Origin: Methanomicrobiales archaeon
Lineage (GTDB): Archaea; Halobacteriota; Methanomicrobia; Methanomicrobiales; Methanospirillaceae
Length of the DNA: 64,000 nt
Reading direction: 5' to 3'
NCBI GenBank assembly: GCA_037137755.1
Contig: JBAXJR010000001.1
Coordinates: forward strand, 96,001-160,000
The notes beneath the pieces are model-generated. The model was not told where the DNA came from. It did no database searches and saw only the letters and a list, made by a program, of their open reading frames with translations. Position numbers and translations under genes: made by a program. How positions within the stretch are numbered: position 1 is the first letter of the stretch; each line of letters begins with the position of its first letter. Below are positions 29,214 through 40,076 of this stretch, piece after piece.

Positions 29214-30812
29214 TCAGGGAGTTGTTGTCCCGGGATTTGAATCGGACCGGACGATACTATGCTCCAGTTTCAGGCCGAATGCCCGTTCAAAATTTTTTGC
29301 CTCGTTATCTACACCCCACGACTCAAACTGGCAGTCTTCCCGGGCCACAATTTCCAGTTCAGCTGTTTTTTCAATAATCCTGGTGAAGTACACCCGTTCG
29401 ATAAGCGCAGCATGTCGCCGGTCAAGGCTCTCAGAAAGGCGAAGGAACGTTGAGAGAATAGTTACCATTTCTTTCCCATGCTCATCAAGTTCAGGCATCT
29501 CGACCTCCTTTTTCTTTGGAAGTTTCTTCCGGTGATACCGGGCGATGTTCGCCATGATCAGGACTTCATCAGGTTCAAACCCGAGGAGGTCACTATTCCT
29601 GATAATGTAATAGGAGTGGGCGTGGTGGTTATTAAACGAGATCAGCGACCCTATATCGTGTAAAAATGATGCATATTCAAGAAGTTCCCTTTCGCGGGTA
29701 CCCAGCGAATGAAGACCCACCGTCTTGGCGCTGTCAAACAGCTCGAGTGCAATAGTTGAAACAGTCCTTGCATGGTACTCGTTGATACCAAATGCCCTTC
29801 CCGTCAGTAGCACGCTTTTCTCCCGGACTGACAGATGGCCAAGAAGAGGGAACCCCTCCATTTTTGAAAGATAATCCGCGAGGAGACCGTCCTGGAGCCC
29901 TCTCTGTGTGACTTCAAGCGTCTGGATGTTCAGTTCCTTCATAAGCGTGTCAATGATGGCAGTCCCGGCAATAATAATATCTGCCCGTTCAGGATTGATC
30001 CCTGGTATTTTACGGCGCTCTGACAATGACAAGGAACAAATGATCGGGACTGTCTTTTTAAGGTCTGATGCGGTAAGGGCGGTCCTTTTAGGGTCACCGG
30101 CATGGAACAACCGTGCTGCAATATCGCAAAGGTTTATAATCGTCCCGGAACTTCCGACGACCATGTCGACGGGATGACGTCCTGCCTGACGTACAACTGC
30201 CCTGGCTTCATCCCTGATATAGTTCCGTATCTCTTCATAGCGGTATCCACTGACGGGTTCTACCACGCTTTCGGGAAAGAACATGTTCGTCAGCCTGATA
30301 GTACCGAGGTGCATGCTTGACAGGTAGCTGCAGGCACCCCTCCCTCCTATCGCAACTTCGGTGCTGCCACCCCCGATATCAATAACCATGATTTGTTCGT
30401 TTTCCAGGTGCATCGCAGAAGTGACACCCATGAAAATCAGGCGTGCTTCCTCCCTGCCGGAGATTACCTGTACATCCAGGTGTGCCTCTTTCCTGAGCCT
30501 GGAAAGGAACTCGTACCTGTTCTGGGCTTCCCGTGTTGCGGAAGTGGCAACTGCTACAAATTCTTCGGCGCGAAACGAGTGTGCCAGTTCGACAAATTTA
30601 CCTGCGACCATGACTGCCCTGTCCATGGCCTCCCCGGTTATGAACCCGGTTTCAAATTCCCCTTCGCCCAGCCGTACTGCTTCCTTCTGGCTCGTAAGTA
30701 CGATATACGAGCAATCAGGGTTCAGCCTTACAACAAACAACCTGATAGAATTTGTACCGATGTCAATGAATGCAACGATCCGTGATACCTGTGGCGTCTT
30801 CGTTCCAGTCAT
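29214..30812 (-). CDS. ppx: Ppx/GppA exopolyphosphatase with C-terminal HD domain
   Basis: IDIGTNSIRL, ATSATREA.N, ISGREEARL, DIGGGSTE, RADII.AG, FLHDIG, ARYHRK. Confidence 0.93.
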   Translation of the reverse strand: MTGTKTPQVSRIVAFIDIGTNSIRLFVVRLNPDCSYIVLTSQKEAVRLGEGEFETGFITGEAMDRAVMVAGKFVELAHSFRAEEFVAVATSATREAQNRYEFLSRLRKEAHLDVQVISGREEARLIFMGVTSAMHLENEQIMVIDIGGGSTEVAIGGRGACSYLSSMHLGTIRLTNMFFPESVVEPVSGYRYEEIRNYIRDEARAVVRQAGRHPVDMVVGSSGTIINLCDIAARLFHAGDPKRTALTASDLKKTVPIICSLSLSERRKIPGINPERADIIIAGTAIIDTLMKELNIQTLEVTQRGLQDGLLADYLSKMEGFPLLGHLSVREKSVLLTGRAFGINEYHARTVSTIALELFDSAKTVGLHSLGTRERELLEYASFLHDIGSLISFNNHHAHSYYIIRNSDLLGFEPDEVLIMANIARYHRKKLPKKKEVEMPELDEHGKEMVTILSTFLRLSESLDRRHAALIERVYFTRIIEKTAELEIVAREDCQFESWGVDNEAKNFERAFGLKLEHSIVRSDSNPGTTTP

Positions 30813-31093
30813 ACTCTATCCATCGGTCGATTATTCGCAAGCGTTCTCGAATTGCTTTTGTCATATCCCACGTGCTAGTATTTGACGAAAAATCTTTTCT
30901 GCAGGATATATCGTGTTTCGTTTGGATTTTAACAAACTGAACTTTTTTCCCCGGGATTTCCGGCGATTTGGTAGTATAAGGAATCAGTTTTGCCGATCGG
31001 TCCGTTTACCAGCTGTTTAAATGATTTGTATTCAGGGGATAATAATATGAGGATCCGTATACCGCTGATTTTTTGGGGGAGTCAAGGCCTGTA

Positions 31094-32203
31094 TCAGGAA
31101 ACCGGGCATTGTTTCTCAACCCTGCACTGCATGCACAATCCAATCGTGCCTGCGACCACCAGGCACAATGACGCTGTTATGAGAAATGCTGTCAGGAATC
31201 CAAGTAATTCAGCTATAAATGTGACGAAAAACGGAATAATTGTCATCCCAAGGTAACTTGATGTATTAAAGAGCCCCATGAAGGTCCCCTGTTCCTTTCC
31301 GGCATCAGCGAGAAAAGCGAGCTGGGCAATCATAATGATTCCAGCAAATGCCCCAATGACAATAAATGCCCAGGAAGTAACGTAACTGGCTATCACCGCT
31401 GCCGCAGAGAAAATGGCGGCTATGCGGATTGTCGGGATCGGGGCAAATTTCATCCTGGACACTAAGAGGATTGCAATCGCGGTAGCACCATTCATCGCAG
31501 CGATCTGGAGACCTATCGTATCAGGACTGTTGCCACTGAATTGCGGGTACAGGGCTGTCACTGCGCCGGTAATACCGATCAGGACCAACGAGGAAAACCA
31601 CATCCAGAAGAATTTTTTCAGGTTAACGACCAGGTTTCTTACTACAGGAACAGCCTTAGGCATAGGATAGGTGACTTTCCGCCCGTCGAATGGTCCGATA
31701 ATGCTGATAATAAATGGAATTATCGAAACAACCATGAAAAGCATTATCCCGGCAGACCTGGTACCCAAAGCCGTACTTGCCAGGCCGGATATAATAAGGC
31801 CTGCAATAAGTCCGATATTTAACAAGGCCATGAAAACCCCGATTGATCGCGTATGATCAGCACGTGAGTTAATATACGACATCGCGGAAGCAATAAAAAG
31901 GCCTGCACCTGCCCCCTCTATCAACCTGGCGAAGATTGTCATATTCACCGACGAATCCATGAGGAGGAGAATGCCGGAAACGATTGTCAGCAGGAGCCCG
32001 GCCCTGATAAAATATGCCTGCCCCCACCGGTCTGATAATATCCCGACCGGTAGTGTCAGAAGAAATGCACCGAGAAAATAAGCGGAAAATATCTGGCCCT
32101 GTAATGCCGTCCCTGAGGCATACGAGGCAAGGTCCGGGACGATGGCATTTGAGAGCGCCATGACCGAGAAAATACCCAGGTATAACGTGATCAGGGCTCT
32201 CAT
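31094..32203 (-). CDS. MFS transporter
   Basis: About 12 hydrophobic segments, GILSDRWGQ (motif A), ARLIEGAG. Confidence 0.88.
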   Translation of the reverse strand: MRALITLYLGIFSVMALSNAIVPDLASYASGTALQGQIFSAYFLGAFLLTLPVGILSDRWGQAYFIRAGLLLTIVSGILLLMDSSVNMTIFARLIEGAGAGLFIASAMSYINSRADHTRSIGVFMALLNIGLIAGLIISGLASTALGTRSAGIMLFMVVSIIPFIISIIGPFDGRKVTYPMPKAVPVVRNLVVNLKKFFWMWFSSLVLIGITGAVTALYPQFSGNSPDTIGLQIAAMNGATAIAILLVSRMKFAPIPTIRIAAIFSAAAVIASYVTSWAFIVIGAFAGIIMIAQLAFLADAGKEQGTFMGLFNTSSYLGMTIIPFFVTFIAELLGFLTAFLITASLCLVVAGTIGLCMQCRVEKQCPVS

Positions 32204-32215
32204 GTGAAACAGTGG

Positions 32216-34105
32216 TTAGATCATCCGGTATGTTTCAAGGTTCATGGGGGAATGAGTCTGGATATGGTACCGTTTATAGAGCGAACTTGCCAGATCGATA
32301 GTATTGTTCTCGTCGCCGTGGATGGTGAAGATTTTTTCAGGTCTCGGCTGAACCTGTCCCACATAATTCATCAGCTGCCTCCGGTCTGAATGCCCGGAGA
32401 ACCCATCTACCGTGACGATCTCGAGGTTGATTACGATAGTTTTGCCCCTTCCGAGCGGCACTTCACGCCAGCCTTTCTGGATACGCCGCCCGAGGGTACC
32501 ATCTGCCTGGTAGCCGACAAAGACGAGGGCATTTCGTTCATCTGCCGCAAGGTTGCTAAGGTATTCCATTACCGGCCCGCCGTTCATCATCCCGCTGGTT
32601 GTAATGATCACACAGGGGTCACCGTTGATGACCCGCTCGCGAAGTTCTGATGAATCCACGGCAACAAAGCACTCTGAAAGGAACGGGTTCATCCCTTCCT
32701 TGAATATCTGGTTCCTAAGGTCACTGTTTAAGTATTCGGGATAGGTAGTGTGGATTGCAGTTGCTTCCTTGATCATCCCGTCCAGGTAAATTTTGACCTT
32801 CGGGATCTTCTCTTTTCTCATACCTTCTTCAAGAGCGAGCATTACTTCCTGCGAACGTCCCACGGCGAATGCCGGAATTATGACCTTTCCTCCCCTCGAG
32901 AGGACGGTAGTGATCGTCTCGTACAGCTTCTCCTCGGCATCTGATCTTGCAGGCTGCATATCATTTGAACCCCCGTAGGTACTCTCCATGAAGAGTGCCT
33001 CAAGGCGGGGGAAACTTGCAGTTGCTGGGTTGAAAAGACGACTTTTACTGTAGTTGAAGTCCCCGGTGAATGCGATGTTATAGAGACCATCGCCGATATG
33101 GAAATGGGCAATGGCTGAACCGAGAATATGGCCTGCATTATGAAATGTGAGTTTAATATCCGGGGCTATATCAGTCACGTTCCCATAATTGAGGGTGATA
33201 GAGTGCTTTATGTAGGTCTTAACTTCGTTTGAGGAGTACGGTACTTTCCTGTCCTCTTTGTGGATTACATCAAGGTAGTCCAGTTGCAGCATCGCTGAAA
33301 GGTCCCGTGTCGGTGGCGTACTGTAAACAGGTCCGTCATACCCGTATTTGTACAGGAGCGGTACGAGTGCACAATGATCGAGGTGTGCATGGGTGAGTAC
33401 TACTGCATCGAGCTGTGATAGCGGGTGTATCTCAGGGACATAGAGGTAGGGTGTGCTGTTATTACTGTCTGGCTTTTCACCGCAGTCGATTAATACCCTG
33501 CTTTCAGGGGTCGTAAGTAGGAATGCAGCCCTTCCGACCTCCCTGCAGCAGCCGAGCATCGTGACCCTCGCCCACTGGTCCTTGCTTGTTATATCGCGGT
33601 GTATACGGCGTCCGATTGTTCTTAAAAAGATTTTTCGATCTTCGTTAACTGACCTGAGGTACTGGCGTACCTGTTTTACGGTGGAGCTTTCGATCGGGGG
33701 AGTCCTGACGACTTTCGGAGTCCAGCCTATATGTTTTGTTATTTCACGGAGTGTGGCCCCGTTTTTTCCGATAACAACACCTGGCTTTTCAGCCTCGATT
33801 ATTACTTCCCCGGTGTCTGCATCAAAAAAGATATCCGTAATCCCTGCATTTTCCGCTACAACTTCTTTTATCGCACCTATTGCCCTGTCAGGGTCTTCCA
33901 GCACGTTCGGGCGGACCACGATGCGTTTACGCAGGTCCCTGGCGAGTAGTTTAATAAGATCCGCTTCGTCGGCAAATTTTTTCGGGTCATCGGTATAGAT
34001 GACCAGTTCAGGCCCTTCGAATTCAACGTCTGATACGGTGATGCCGGACGGCACCTTTTCGTTTATCTTATCCTTAAGTTCTTTCAATCGTTCTTCAATT
34101 AGCAT
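32216..34105 (-). CDS. fttA: Beta-CASP ribonuclease aCPSF1 (FttA)
   Basis: N-terminal KH domains (VIGKNG), [35 protein letters not shown]. Adjacent to psmB. Confidence 0.96.
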   Translation of the reverse strand: MLIEERLKELKDKINEKVPSGITVSDVEFEGPELVIYTDDPKKFADEADLIKLLARDLRKRIVVRPNVLEDPDRAIGAIKEVVAENAGITDIFFDADTGEVIIEAEKPGVVIGKNGATLREITKHIGWTPKVVRTPPIESSTVKQVRQYLRSVNEDRKIFLRTIGRRIHRDITSKDQWARVTMLGCCREVGRAAFLLTTPESRVLIDCGEKPDSNNSTPYLYVPEIHPLSQLDAVVLTHAHLDHCALVPLLYKYGYDGPVYSTPPTRDLSAMLQLDYLDVIHKEDRKVPYSSNEVKTYIKHSITLNYGNVTDIAPDIKLTFHNAGHILGSAIAHFHIGDGLYNIAFTGDFNYSKSRLFNPATASFPRLEALFMESTYGGSNDMQPARSDAEEKLYETITTVLSRGGKVIIPAFAVGRSQEVMLALEEGMRKEKIPKVKIYLDGMIKEATAIHTTYPEYLNSDLRNQIFKEGMNPFLSECFVAVDSSELRERVINGDPCVIITTSGMMNGGPVMEYLSNLAADERNALVFVGYQADGTLGRRIQKGWREVPLGRGKTIVINLEIVTVDGFSGHSDRRQLMNYVGQVQPRPEKIFTIHGDENNTIDLASSLYKRYHIQTHSPMNLETYRMI

Positions 34106-34129
34106 TCAATCCGTCCTAAAAAAAAGAAA

Positions 34130-34771
34130 TTATGCAGCGAGTGCTGAAAGTGCCTTCTGGACCTGCTCATCAGCAATCTCCATGTAACTTTCTTTGGTAA
34201 TGACAACAACGTGGATGCCCTCACCGGACCCTGCATCACGTCTCATTGCAGCCTTAATTGCCCTGATGGCAAGTTCAATTGCCTCTTCTTCGTTCATTGC
34301 CTTTTTAAACCGGTCTTCGAGGACCCCGTAGGCACCGGGGGAGCCTGAGCCTGTTGCGACAATTTCTTCTTCTCTTGTCGCACCGCCCATTGCATCAACC
34401 GAATATATTGAAGGACCTGAGTCGTCTATTCCACCAACGAGGAGCTGGACATAATACGGGAAATAACGGTTTGCATTCAGCAAATTCGAGAGGAGTGTTG
34501 AGGCTGCTCCTACGGCAATCGGCCGTCCCCGCCGTATCTGGTACAGGCTGCTTTCAACGGTCATTACCCGGGCAAGCTGCTGTGCATCCCCGACACCACC
34601 AGCGGTAGTCATTCCTATACGGTCAGATATCTGGTAGACTTTCTTTGCCTTTTTACTGGCGATGAAATATCCCATAGTTGCCCTTTTTTCTGTGGCAAGG
34701 ACGACTCCTTCAGAAAACACCAGACCAACCGTGGTCGTCCCTTTAAGAGGTTCCTGGTACGGTTCATTCAT
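34130..34771 (-). CDS. psmB: Proteasome subunit beta
   Basis: Propeptide [11 protein letters not shown]|[25 protein letters not shown]. Confidence 0.97.
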   Translation of the reverse strand: MNEPYQEPLKGTTTVGLVFSEGVVLATEKRATMGYFIASKKAKKVYQISDRIGMTTAGGVGDAQQLARVMTVESSLYQIRRGRPIAVGAASTLLSNLLNANRYFPYYVQLLVGGIDDSGPSIYSVDAMGGATREEEIVATGSGSPGAYGVLEDRFKKAMNEEEAIELAIRAIKAAMRRDAGSGEGIHVVVITKESYMEIADEQVQKALSALAA

Positions 34772-34856
34772 ATGAAAACACCCTAAAATATTTAACGCTG
34801 GAAAAATTCTTAAAAGCGCTTGAGATATATGATGACATCAATAAATTTAAAGGTTT

Positions 34857-35705
34857 TTATTGAATAGCAGGGTTGCAGAGCACCCTGATAAGTTCGCGGT
34901 CAAAAAGCATGGATACTAACTTTTTATCGCCATTGATAACGGGTAACTGGTCCACGCGGGCACGCTTCATTTTCAGTGCACATTCGCTTACCTCAGAATT
35001 AACCGGGACAGCGACCACGTTTTTTACCATCGCAGTCTTCACCGGTCTTGGTGGCAGCTGGACTTTTGAAATACCGTAACTGATGGTGTGCATATCACGG
35101 ATACTTTCCCATGTCCACTCATCATCGTCTGTGCCGTTAGAGAAATCGCTTACCTCTACGGAGTCTTCAATCGTGGAATGCCTGATGAGGTCACGTTCGG
35201 ATATGATACCCTGAAGTTTACTTTCCGCATCCAGGATCGGAATTGCTTCGAAACCAGATATCTCCATGACACGTCCGACAACCGGCAGCGGTGTCTCTTC
35301 CCACAGGGCGAAGGTCTGGCTTGTATAGTTGTCTTTTATCTCTTCTTTTATCCGCATCGTCGCAATGGCATGGACGAGGTCAGCAATGCTGATCAGGCCA
35401 AGAAGCGTGTCATCTTCTACGACGGGAAGCCGGCGGATATTGTGGGATACGAGGAGGTTTGCAGCCTCGCACAATGGGGCATCAGGACTGATCACCATAG
35501 GGTCTGCCGTCATCAGGAGACCGAGCTGGGTCTCTTCAGCTTTCCGGAGGAGGTCTTTCCTGGTAATGATACCTACCAGTTTCCCATGTTTCAGTACCGG
35601 TACACCACTAATCCCCGTTCGCTTCAGTATTTTAAGGACATCATCCCGGTTTCCCGGTATTTCGACATTGACCACGTCCTCGGTCATGAAGTCTTTGACC
35701 AGCAA
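34857..35705 (-). CDS. CBS domain protein (two CBS pairs)
   Basis: SGVPV..GIIT, IRRLPVV..GLIS, AIPIL..GIISERD, QLPVI. TTG start. Confidence 0.88.
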   Translation of the reverse strand: MLVKDFMTEDVVNVEIPGNRDDVLKILKRTGISGVPVLKHGKLVGIITRKDLLRKAEETQLGLLMTADPMVISPDAPLCEAANLLVSHNIRRLPVVEDDTLLGLISIADLVHAIATMRIKEEIKDNYTSQTFALWEETPLPVVGRVMEISGFEAIPILDAESKLQGIISERDLIRHSTIEDSVEVSDFSNGTDDDEWTWESIRDMHTISYGISKVQLPPRPVKTAMVKNVVAVPVNSEVSECALKMKRARVDQLPVINGDKKLVSMLFDRELIRVLCNPAIQ

Positions 35706-35710
35706 CTCTG

Positions 35711-36139
35711 TTATGCTCTCACCACCAGGACTGCCACGGGGCAGTTTGAGACGACAAACGAACTTACGCTTCCAAGGAGCAGGCGGTCGACGTTGCTTTT
35801 CCCATGGGAACCAACGATTACGACATCGGCTCCAATATCTCTTGCAGCTTTAACAATTTCATTGCCTGCATGGCCCTGTTTCAGGTGCGGTGTGATGACC
35901 ACTCCTTTTGCTTCAGCCTGCTTTTTTGCTTCAGCTATTGCTTTTCCCCCCTCTTTTTCCAGCATCGAGAGCATGATTTCCCAGGTGTTGTCCATCGGCA
36001 GCGATGAAAAGAGCCCGGTTTCCACAACATATATAACATGAAGTGCGGTTTTCCAGACCCTTGCTTCGTCAATTGCGGTCTGGATTGCCTGTCCACTCAT
36101 TCCCGATCCGTCGATTGCGACGAGTATTTTACTGAACAT
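35711..36139 (-). CDS. Universal stress protein
   Basis: KILVAIDGS, IVGSHGKS...LLGSVS..VV...PVAVLVV. Confidence 0.93.
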   Translation of the reverse strand: MFSKILVAIDGSGMSGQAIQTAIDEARVWKTALHVIYVVETGLFSSLPMDNTWEIMLSMLEKEGGKAIAEAKKQAEAKGVVITPHLKQGHAGNEIVKAARDIGADVVIVGSHGKSNVDRLLLGSVSSFVVSNCPVAVLVVRA

Positions 36140-36171
36140 CTGTTACCCCACAAAATAGTGTTCTTTATGAG

Positions 36172-37215
36172 TTAGCTCTCTAAAATAAAAACCTTCTTGA
36201 TTATGCTGGCTGAAGAGCCCCGTTTTACGATTGTTGAGAGGTAGTCGAGGCTGAAGCGCATATTGGATAGTCCGGGGCTCATAACAAAAAACCTTGCACG
36301 AACTCCTTTCCTGATGAAAAACGGGGTACCACAAAGTGAAGACCCTTCAATTGCAGACCTGATCAGGAGGGCAGGTGGCAGGCGGTAAACATAGTGGGCA
36401 AATGACATCTCTGCAAACATGTCAGGCTGGACAAACATCGCGTTGTCGGTACCAAGGAGTAACCTGCAACCGAGGTCGGTCATGTCATGTACAGGGGGTT
36501 CAGACCTGGAATTGGCAACCCCGAGAGCCCAGTTAGAACGTGGGCAGACTGCAATGGGAATACTCTCATCAGCACATTGCCTGAGTTGGGGCCGTGTTGC
36601 ATGAGTACAGTGGATGAGAAGGTCAGGGCTAAATGAGAGGGCTGTATCAACGTCATCCGGATCTCTTTCACCCGCATGGAAGGCGATTAATTTTCCATTC
36701 TCCCTTGCTTCTTTGACATGCCGTTCCAGGTCAGGTACATCCCGGGTGCTGCTGATCCCCAGACCCCGGGCGATCTGTTCACCCCCATCGCGACCGAAAA
36801 TAACAAGTCCGGGGAGTAACGACCTGCCAGCTTCATTCAGTGCGCTTACCCCTTCAGCTCCTCCTTCGCGGAAATCGGCGCACCCGGCTGTACCACTTTG
36901 TATCATTGCCTGGATGCTGGAACGCATGCCTGAAACCAGGTCATCTTTTAACGCAGCGGCAAGAAGCCGGTGCTTCAGCCCGCCAGGAGGTGTGACCAGT
37001 GAAGCAAGGTCACCCTTCGTGGGTACATCCATCGCAACCGTGTCCCCAATGTGCGTGTGTGCATTAAAAAATGCAGGGATGATCCAGTTATCCCCCGGGT
37101 GCGGGTCATCCTCGATATGCGTGATAATCCCTGATTTCACGATAATCGTGACAGGACGCATCCGAAGTGACTCGCCAAGAAGGGCATGGCCGCTGACCGT
37201 CACTTCGTGGTCCAT
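36172..37215 (-). CDS. Amidohydrolase / nucleoside deaminase family protein
   Basis: FNAHTHIGD, FHAGE, LIHCTH, CPRSN, LGTDN. Confidence 0.85.
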   Translation of the reverse strand: MDHEVTVSGHALLGESLRMRPVTIIVKSGIITHIEDDPHPGDNWIIPAFFNAHTHIGDTVAMDVPTKGDLASLVTPPGGLKHRLLAAALKDDLVSGMRSSIQAMIQSGTAGCADFREGGAEGVSALNEAGRSLLPGLVIFGRDGGEQIARGLGISSTRDVPDLERHVKEARENGKLIAFHAGERDPDDVDTALSFSPDLLIHCTHATRPQLRQCADESIPIAVCPRSNWALGVANSRSEPPVHDMTDLGCRLLLGTDNAMFVQPDMFAEMSFAHYVYRLPPALLIRSAIEGSSLCGTPFFIRKGVRARFFVMSPGLSNMRFSLDYLSTIVKRGSSASIIKKVFILES

Positions 37216-37233
37216 AAAAAAACCTTAACACCC

Positions 37234-37244
37234 ATTTATATATT
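37234..37244. promoter_or_regulatory. Putative bidirectional TATA box
   Basis: ATTTATATATT centred in the 50-nt gap between divergent ATGs at 37215 and 37266. Confidence 0.55.
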
Positions 37245-37265
37245 GAGAATGAGAAATAGCTTTGT

Positions 37266-37427
37266 ATGGCAAAGAAGAAGGGTGGAAGATTAATCTCGTC
37301 GGCAGGTCTTGTCAATTATTACGAGAGTGAAGACCGGCGGGCGATTCATATCAGCCCCGTTTCAGTGATTGTAGTGTCAGCCGCAATCGGGGCATTTATC
37401 CTAGTATTAGGCATAGTCTGGCAATAA
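37266..37427 (+). CDS. secG: Preprotein translocase subunit Sec61beta/SecG
   Basis: Below the ORF-track cutoff. Manual translation MAKKKGGRLISSAGLVNYYESEDRRAIHISPVSVIVVSAAIGAFILVLGIVWQ*: SAGL.nYY motif plus one C-terminal TM. T-run follows the stop. Confidence 0.93.
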   Translation: MAKKKGGRLISSAGLVNYYESEDRRAIHISPVSVIVVSAAIGAFILVLGIVWQ

Positions 37428-37964
37428 TCTTTTTTTTGGGTTGTCCAGGGAACATTCCGGTCGTCAACCATGAAAAAAATTGTATGTCGTTACCTTTAGG
37501 GTCTTCATTATGATATCTGGTTTCTTGGCATTTCGGGAAGGTAACTCTCGTCCATAATGCAATATCATTGAATCATTAAAGAATCCTGGATATCAATGGT
37601 ATCGAGGAGTCGCCGTCATAAGAATTGTCCTATTCTCAATAGACAATTATAAAAGAAAATAACTGTCTCTGTCAGCAATGTATCAATACTATTGTCATTT
37701 CGGAGTATGTCAGGCCCTCAGCCTTTGTGATATTGAAGTTGTTACCTTCCTGGATGTATTCCGTAATGTATGCCATTGCAGAGCCAATTGCCGGTATCTG
37801 TGGGAGGAATGATATGACAATTGATAGCCCGGGACCCCGAGTTTGTTACAGAAATTAAACGAGGATAGTGACAGATAGAACTGTTACAATCGGCGATTAA
37901 TTAAACAACCATTAAATATTTAGCGATAATCCTATCAACTAAAAAAGAGCGGTGAGTGATAGCT

Positions 37965-38315
37965 ATGGCAGAATCTGAAAAACAGAAAGCAACCTTTGGT
38001 CTTGATGAAAATATAGCATCAGCACTTTGTTATTTATTAATCTGGATAACGGGACTGATCTTTTACCTAGTGGAAAAAGATAACAAGATGGTAAAATTCC
38101 ATGCTTTGCAGTCAATTATCACGTTTCTTCCCCTCCAAATAATTTACTGGATCCTAACTTATGTATTTTGGTGGACGGGTGTCACGTATTTCCTTACAAT
38201 GCTAGTTGGTTTGATCATGTTCATTTTGTGGATTGTCCTTATGATCAAGGCCTTCCAGGGAGAGAGGTATAAACTGCCCATTGTTGGAGATATTGCGGAT
38301 AATGCAACTAAATAA
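37965..38315 (+). CDS. DUF4870 small membrane protein
   Basis: GLDENIASALCY, VKFHALQS, KAFQGERYKLPIVG. Confidence 0.85.
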   Translation: MAESEKQKATFGLDENIASALCYLLIWITGLIFYLVEKDNKMVKFHALQSIITFLPLQIIYWILTYVFWWTGVTYFLTMLVGLIMFILWIVLMIKAFQGERYKLPIVGDIADNATK

Positions 38316-38583
38316 ATATCCCATTCTCTTTTTTGCATTGCAAGCCAGATCGCACCGTCACATCGCAACAATACCGGACTTTATGGGATGATGCTGGATT
38401 TTCCGATCCATGATTCATATTAATCTAAGTCAGGCCGGAAGGACTGACCGCCAGGACACCAATTTCCGGGGTCCTATTGGTTCTTTATTGCTCTTTTGGA
38501 GATGGTAAAAAACGATTATAAGAAGGCAATAACGCAATCAGGGCGAACTACCGGGTTTAACCGTGTATGATAGATCCTTGAAT

Positions 38584-39147
38584 TTAATAGTGGATAGGGG
38601 GTGTGTTAATATCCCTTAAATATTTGATTTTTTCAAAATCCAACTCAAATAATCGCTCTATTTTCAGGGGGGAATAGCCGATTAATTCAACAGATACATT
38701 GATAGTTTTGAAATCCCCGTTTATCAAGGGGAAATATTCCAGATCGTTGTTATGCGCATGCCCGTGGATCACCCATCCTTTCCAGTCCTCCGGAATATCG
38801 GCGGGGTTATGGATCAATAAGAAAGGAATATCCCGGTATTGCAGGGTAAGGGCGTGGTGCGGTTCCAGACCTTCCACAATTTGATTATCATGGCTACCGC
38901 TGATAAAAACAATATTCCCGTTTAATTTATCGAGCCAGTACTGCATCGAATGGGAACCCCGCCCATATCGCAGATCACCCAGGAAATAAACCGTGTCTGA
39001 ATCCTTCACGGTATTATTCCACGAATTTAAAAGGAAAGTATTCATATCATCTTTATTTTTAAAATCACGGCTGCAATACCGAATTATATTTCCGTGGTCG
39101 AAATGGGTATCAGAAATAATAAAGGTATTTTCGGTTTTATTCATCAT
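38584..39147 (-). CDS. Calcineurin-like metallophosphoesterase (AQ1575-like)
   Basis: SDTHFDH.NII.YC.R, WN..V...D.VY.LGD, GSHD, IHGHAH, NVSVE. Confidence 0.85.
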   Translation of the reverse strand: MMNKTENTFIISDTHFDHGNIIRYCSRDFKNKDDMNTFLLNSWNNTVKDSDTVYFLGDLRYGRGSHSMQYWLDKLNGNIVFISGSHDNQIVEGLEPHHALTLQYRDIPFLLIHNPADIPEDWKGWVIHGHAHNNDLEYFPLINGDFKTINVSVELIGYSPLKIERLFELDFEKIKYLRDINTPPIHY

Positions 39148-39291
39148 AAATAACACATTTCCGGTAGTCCGGGCAGTACCAGCCCATCGGTTGAAAGATC
39201 AGCTTCCCTGGAACACTACCAGGAGCGCGGATGTAGATCCGCTGCATCGTGAAGGATACGCTTTTAAGGTTATACTTCCGGGCTTCGGTTT

Positions 39292-39666
39292 TTGCAGGCA
39301 CGAAGTATTGTATACAATGACAGCATAAAAGGACTTTGTATAGGGGTTAGTTTACAATTTCCCAAGGGGTGTGAAATAATAACTAACGAGCCAGCAAACC
39401 GGTATCTTGTGATACGATGCGGCGGTTGCAAAACTTTTACCTATGTAGACCGTTTCCAGGAGTGGAAACTATGCCCGATCTGCGGTGCGACGATTGAAAT
39501 CCGGAGGGCCAGCCATTATCTTGAAGTCGAAGATTTCAGGGTTGCAGAACAGATCGTATCCCAGCTCGAGCAGCATATCCACAAGACCCGGAAAAAGGAC
39601 CTTTCATATGAAGAACGTGAACAACTAAGGGCCCAATACACGGAGTGGATCAGGGGTCAGATCTGA
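39292..39666 (+). CDS. Zinc-ribbon protein (DUF1922-like), start uncertain
   Basis: YLVIRCGGC...LCPICG followed by a helical tail. The only canonical start is TTG 39292. Confidence 0.7.
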   Translation: MQARSIVYNDSIKGLCIGVSLQFPKGCEIITNEPANRYLVIRCGGCKTFTYVDRFQEWKLCPICGATIEIRRASHYLEVEDFRVAEQIVSQLEQHIHKTRKKDLSYEEREQLRAQYTEWIRGQI

Positions 39667-40076
39667 CTCCTGCGAATCGTCACGGTTCACCCGCCTTCAT
39701 GGCAACTCTGGCAGGATATTGTTACTTCATATCCGCAGAGGTGGTAAAATATGCCTGGCATCGCGCGGCAGACCAATGGTTTTTCGTACCGCTTATACGA
39801 GACTTCTGATTTGTGTCCAGGAGTAGGGATATAGAGTGTAGTCCCTTTATCAGGACACCATTTAATCCCAGATATAGGAATATTTGTTTCCTTTTTTAAT
39901 AATCCTGGATTTTTTAACAGCAACGATTAATGCGCACGGGTCCAGACCACGAAACATCGTTTAAATCTTGTAAAAGATAAACAACCCTGTTTTTCAAATT
40001 GCTCTAAATACTACTATTCCAAAAATTGTACGTAATGGCTGGACTTTTTTTGTTTCCGGTCTGAAGTGTGCAGATA

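Noticed and set aside
35088-36041. 317-aa plus-strand ORF
   Set aside because: Antisense to the CBS and USP genes.
38429-38448. GTCAGGCCGGAAGGACTGAC resembling SRP RNA helix 8
   Set aside because: Lacks the AGCAG side of the internal loop and the surrounding SRP helices. More likely a simple hairpin between convergent genes.
39687-39923. 78-aa ORF with YEKPLVCRAMP, reminiscent of YkgJ-family C-termini
   Set aside because: No CxxCxxCC N-terminal motif, TTG start and no RBS. At most a remnant.
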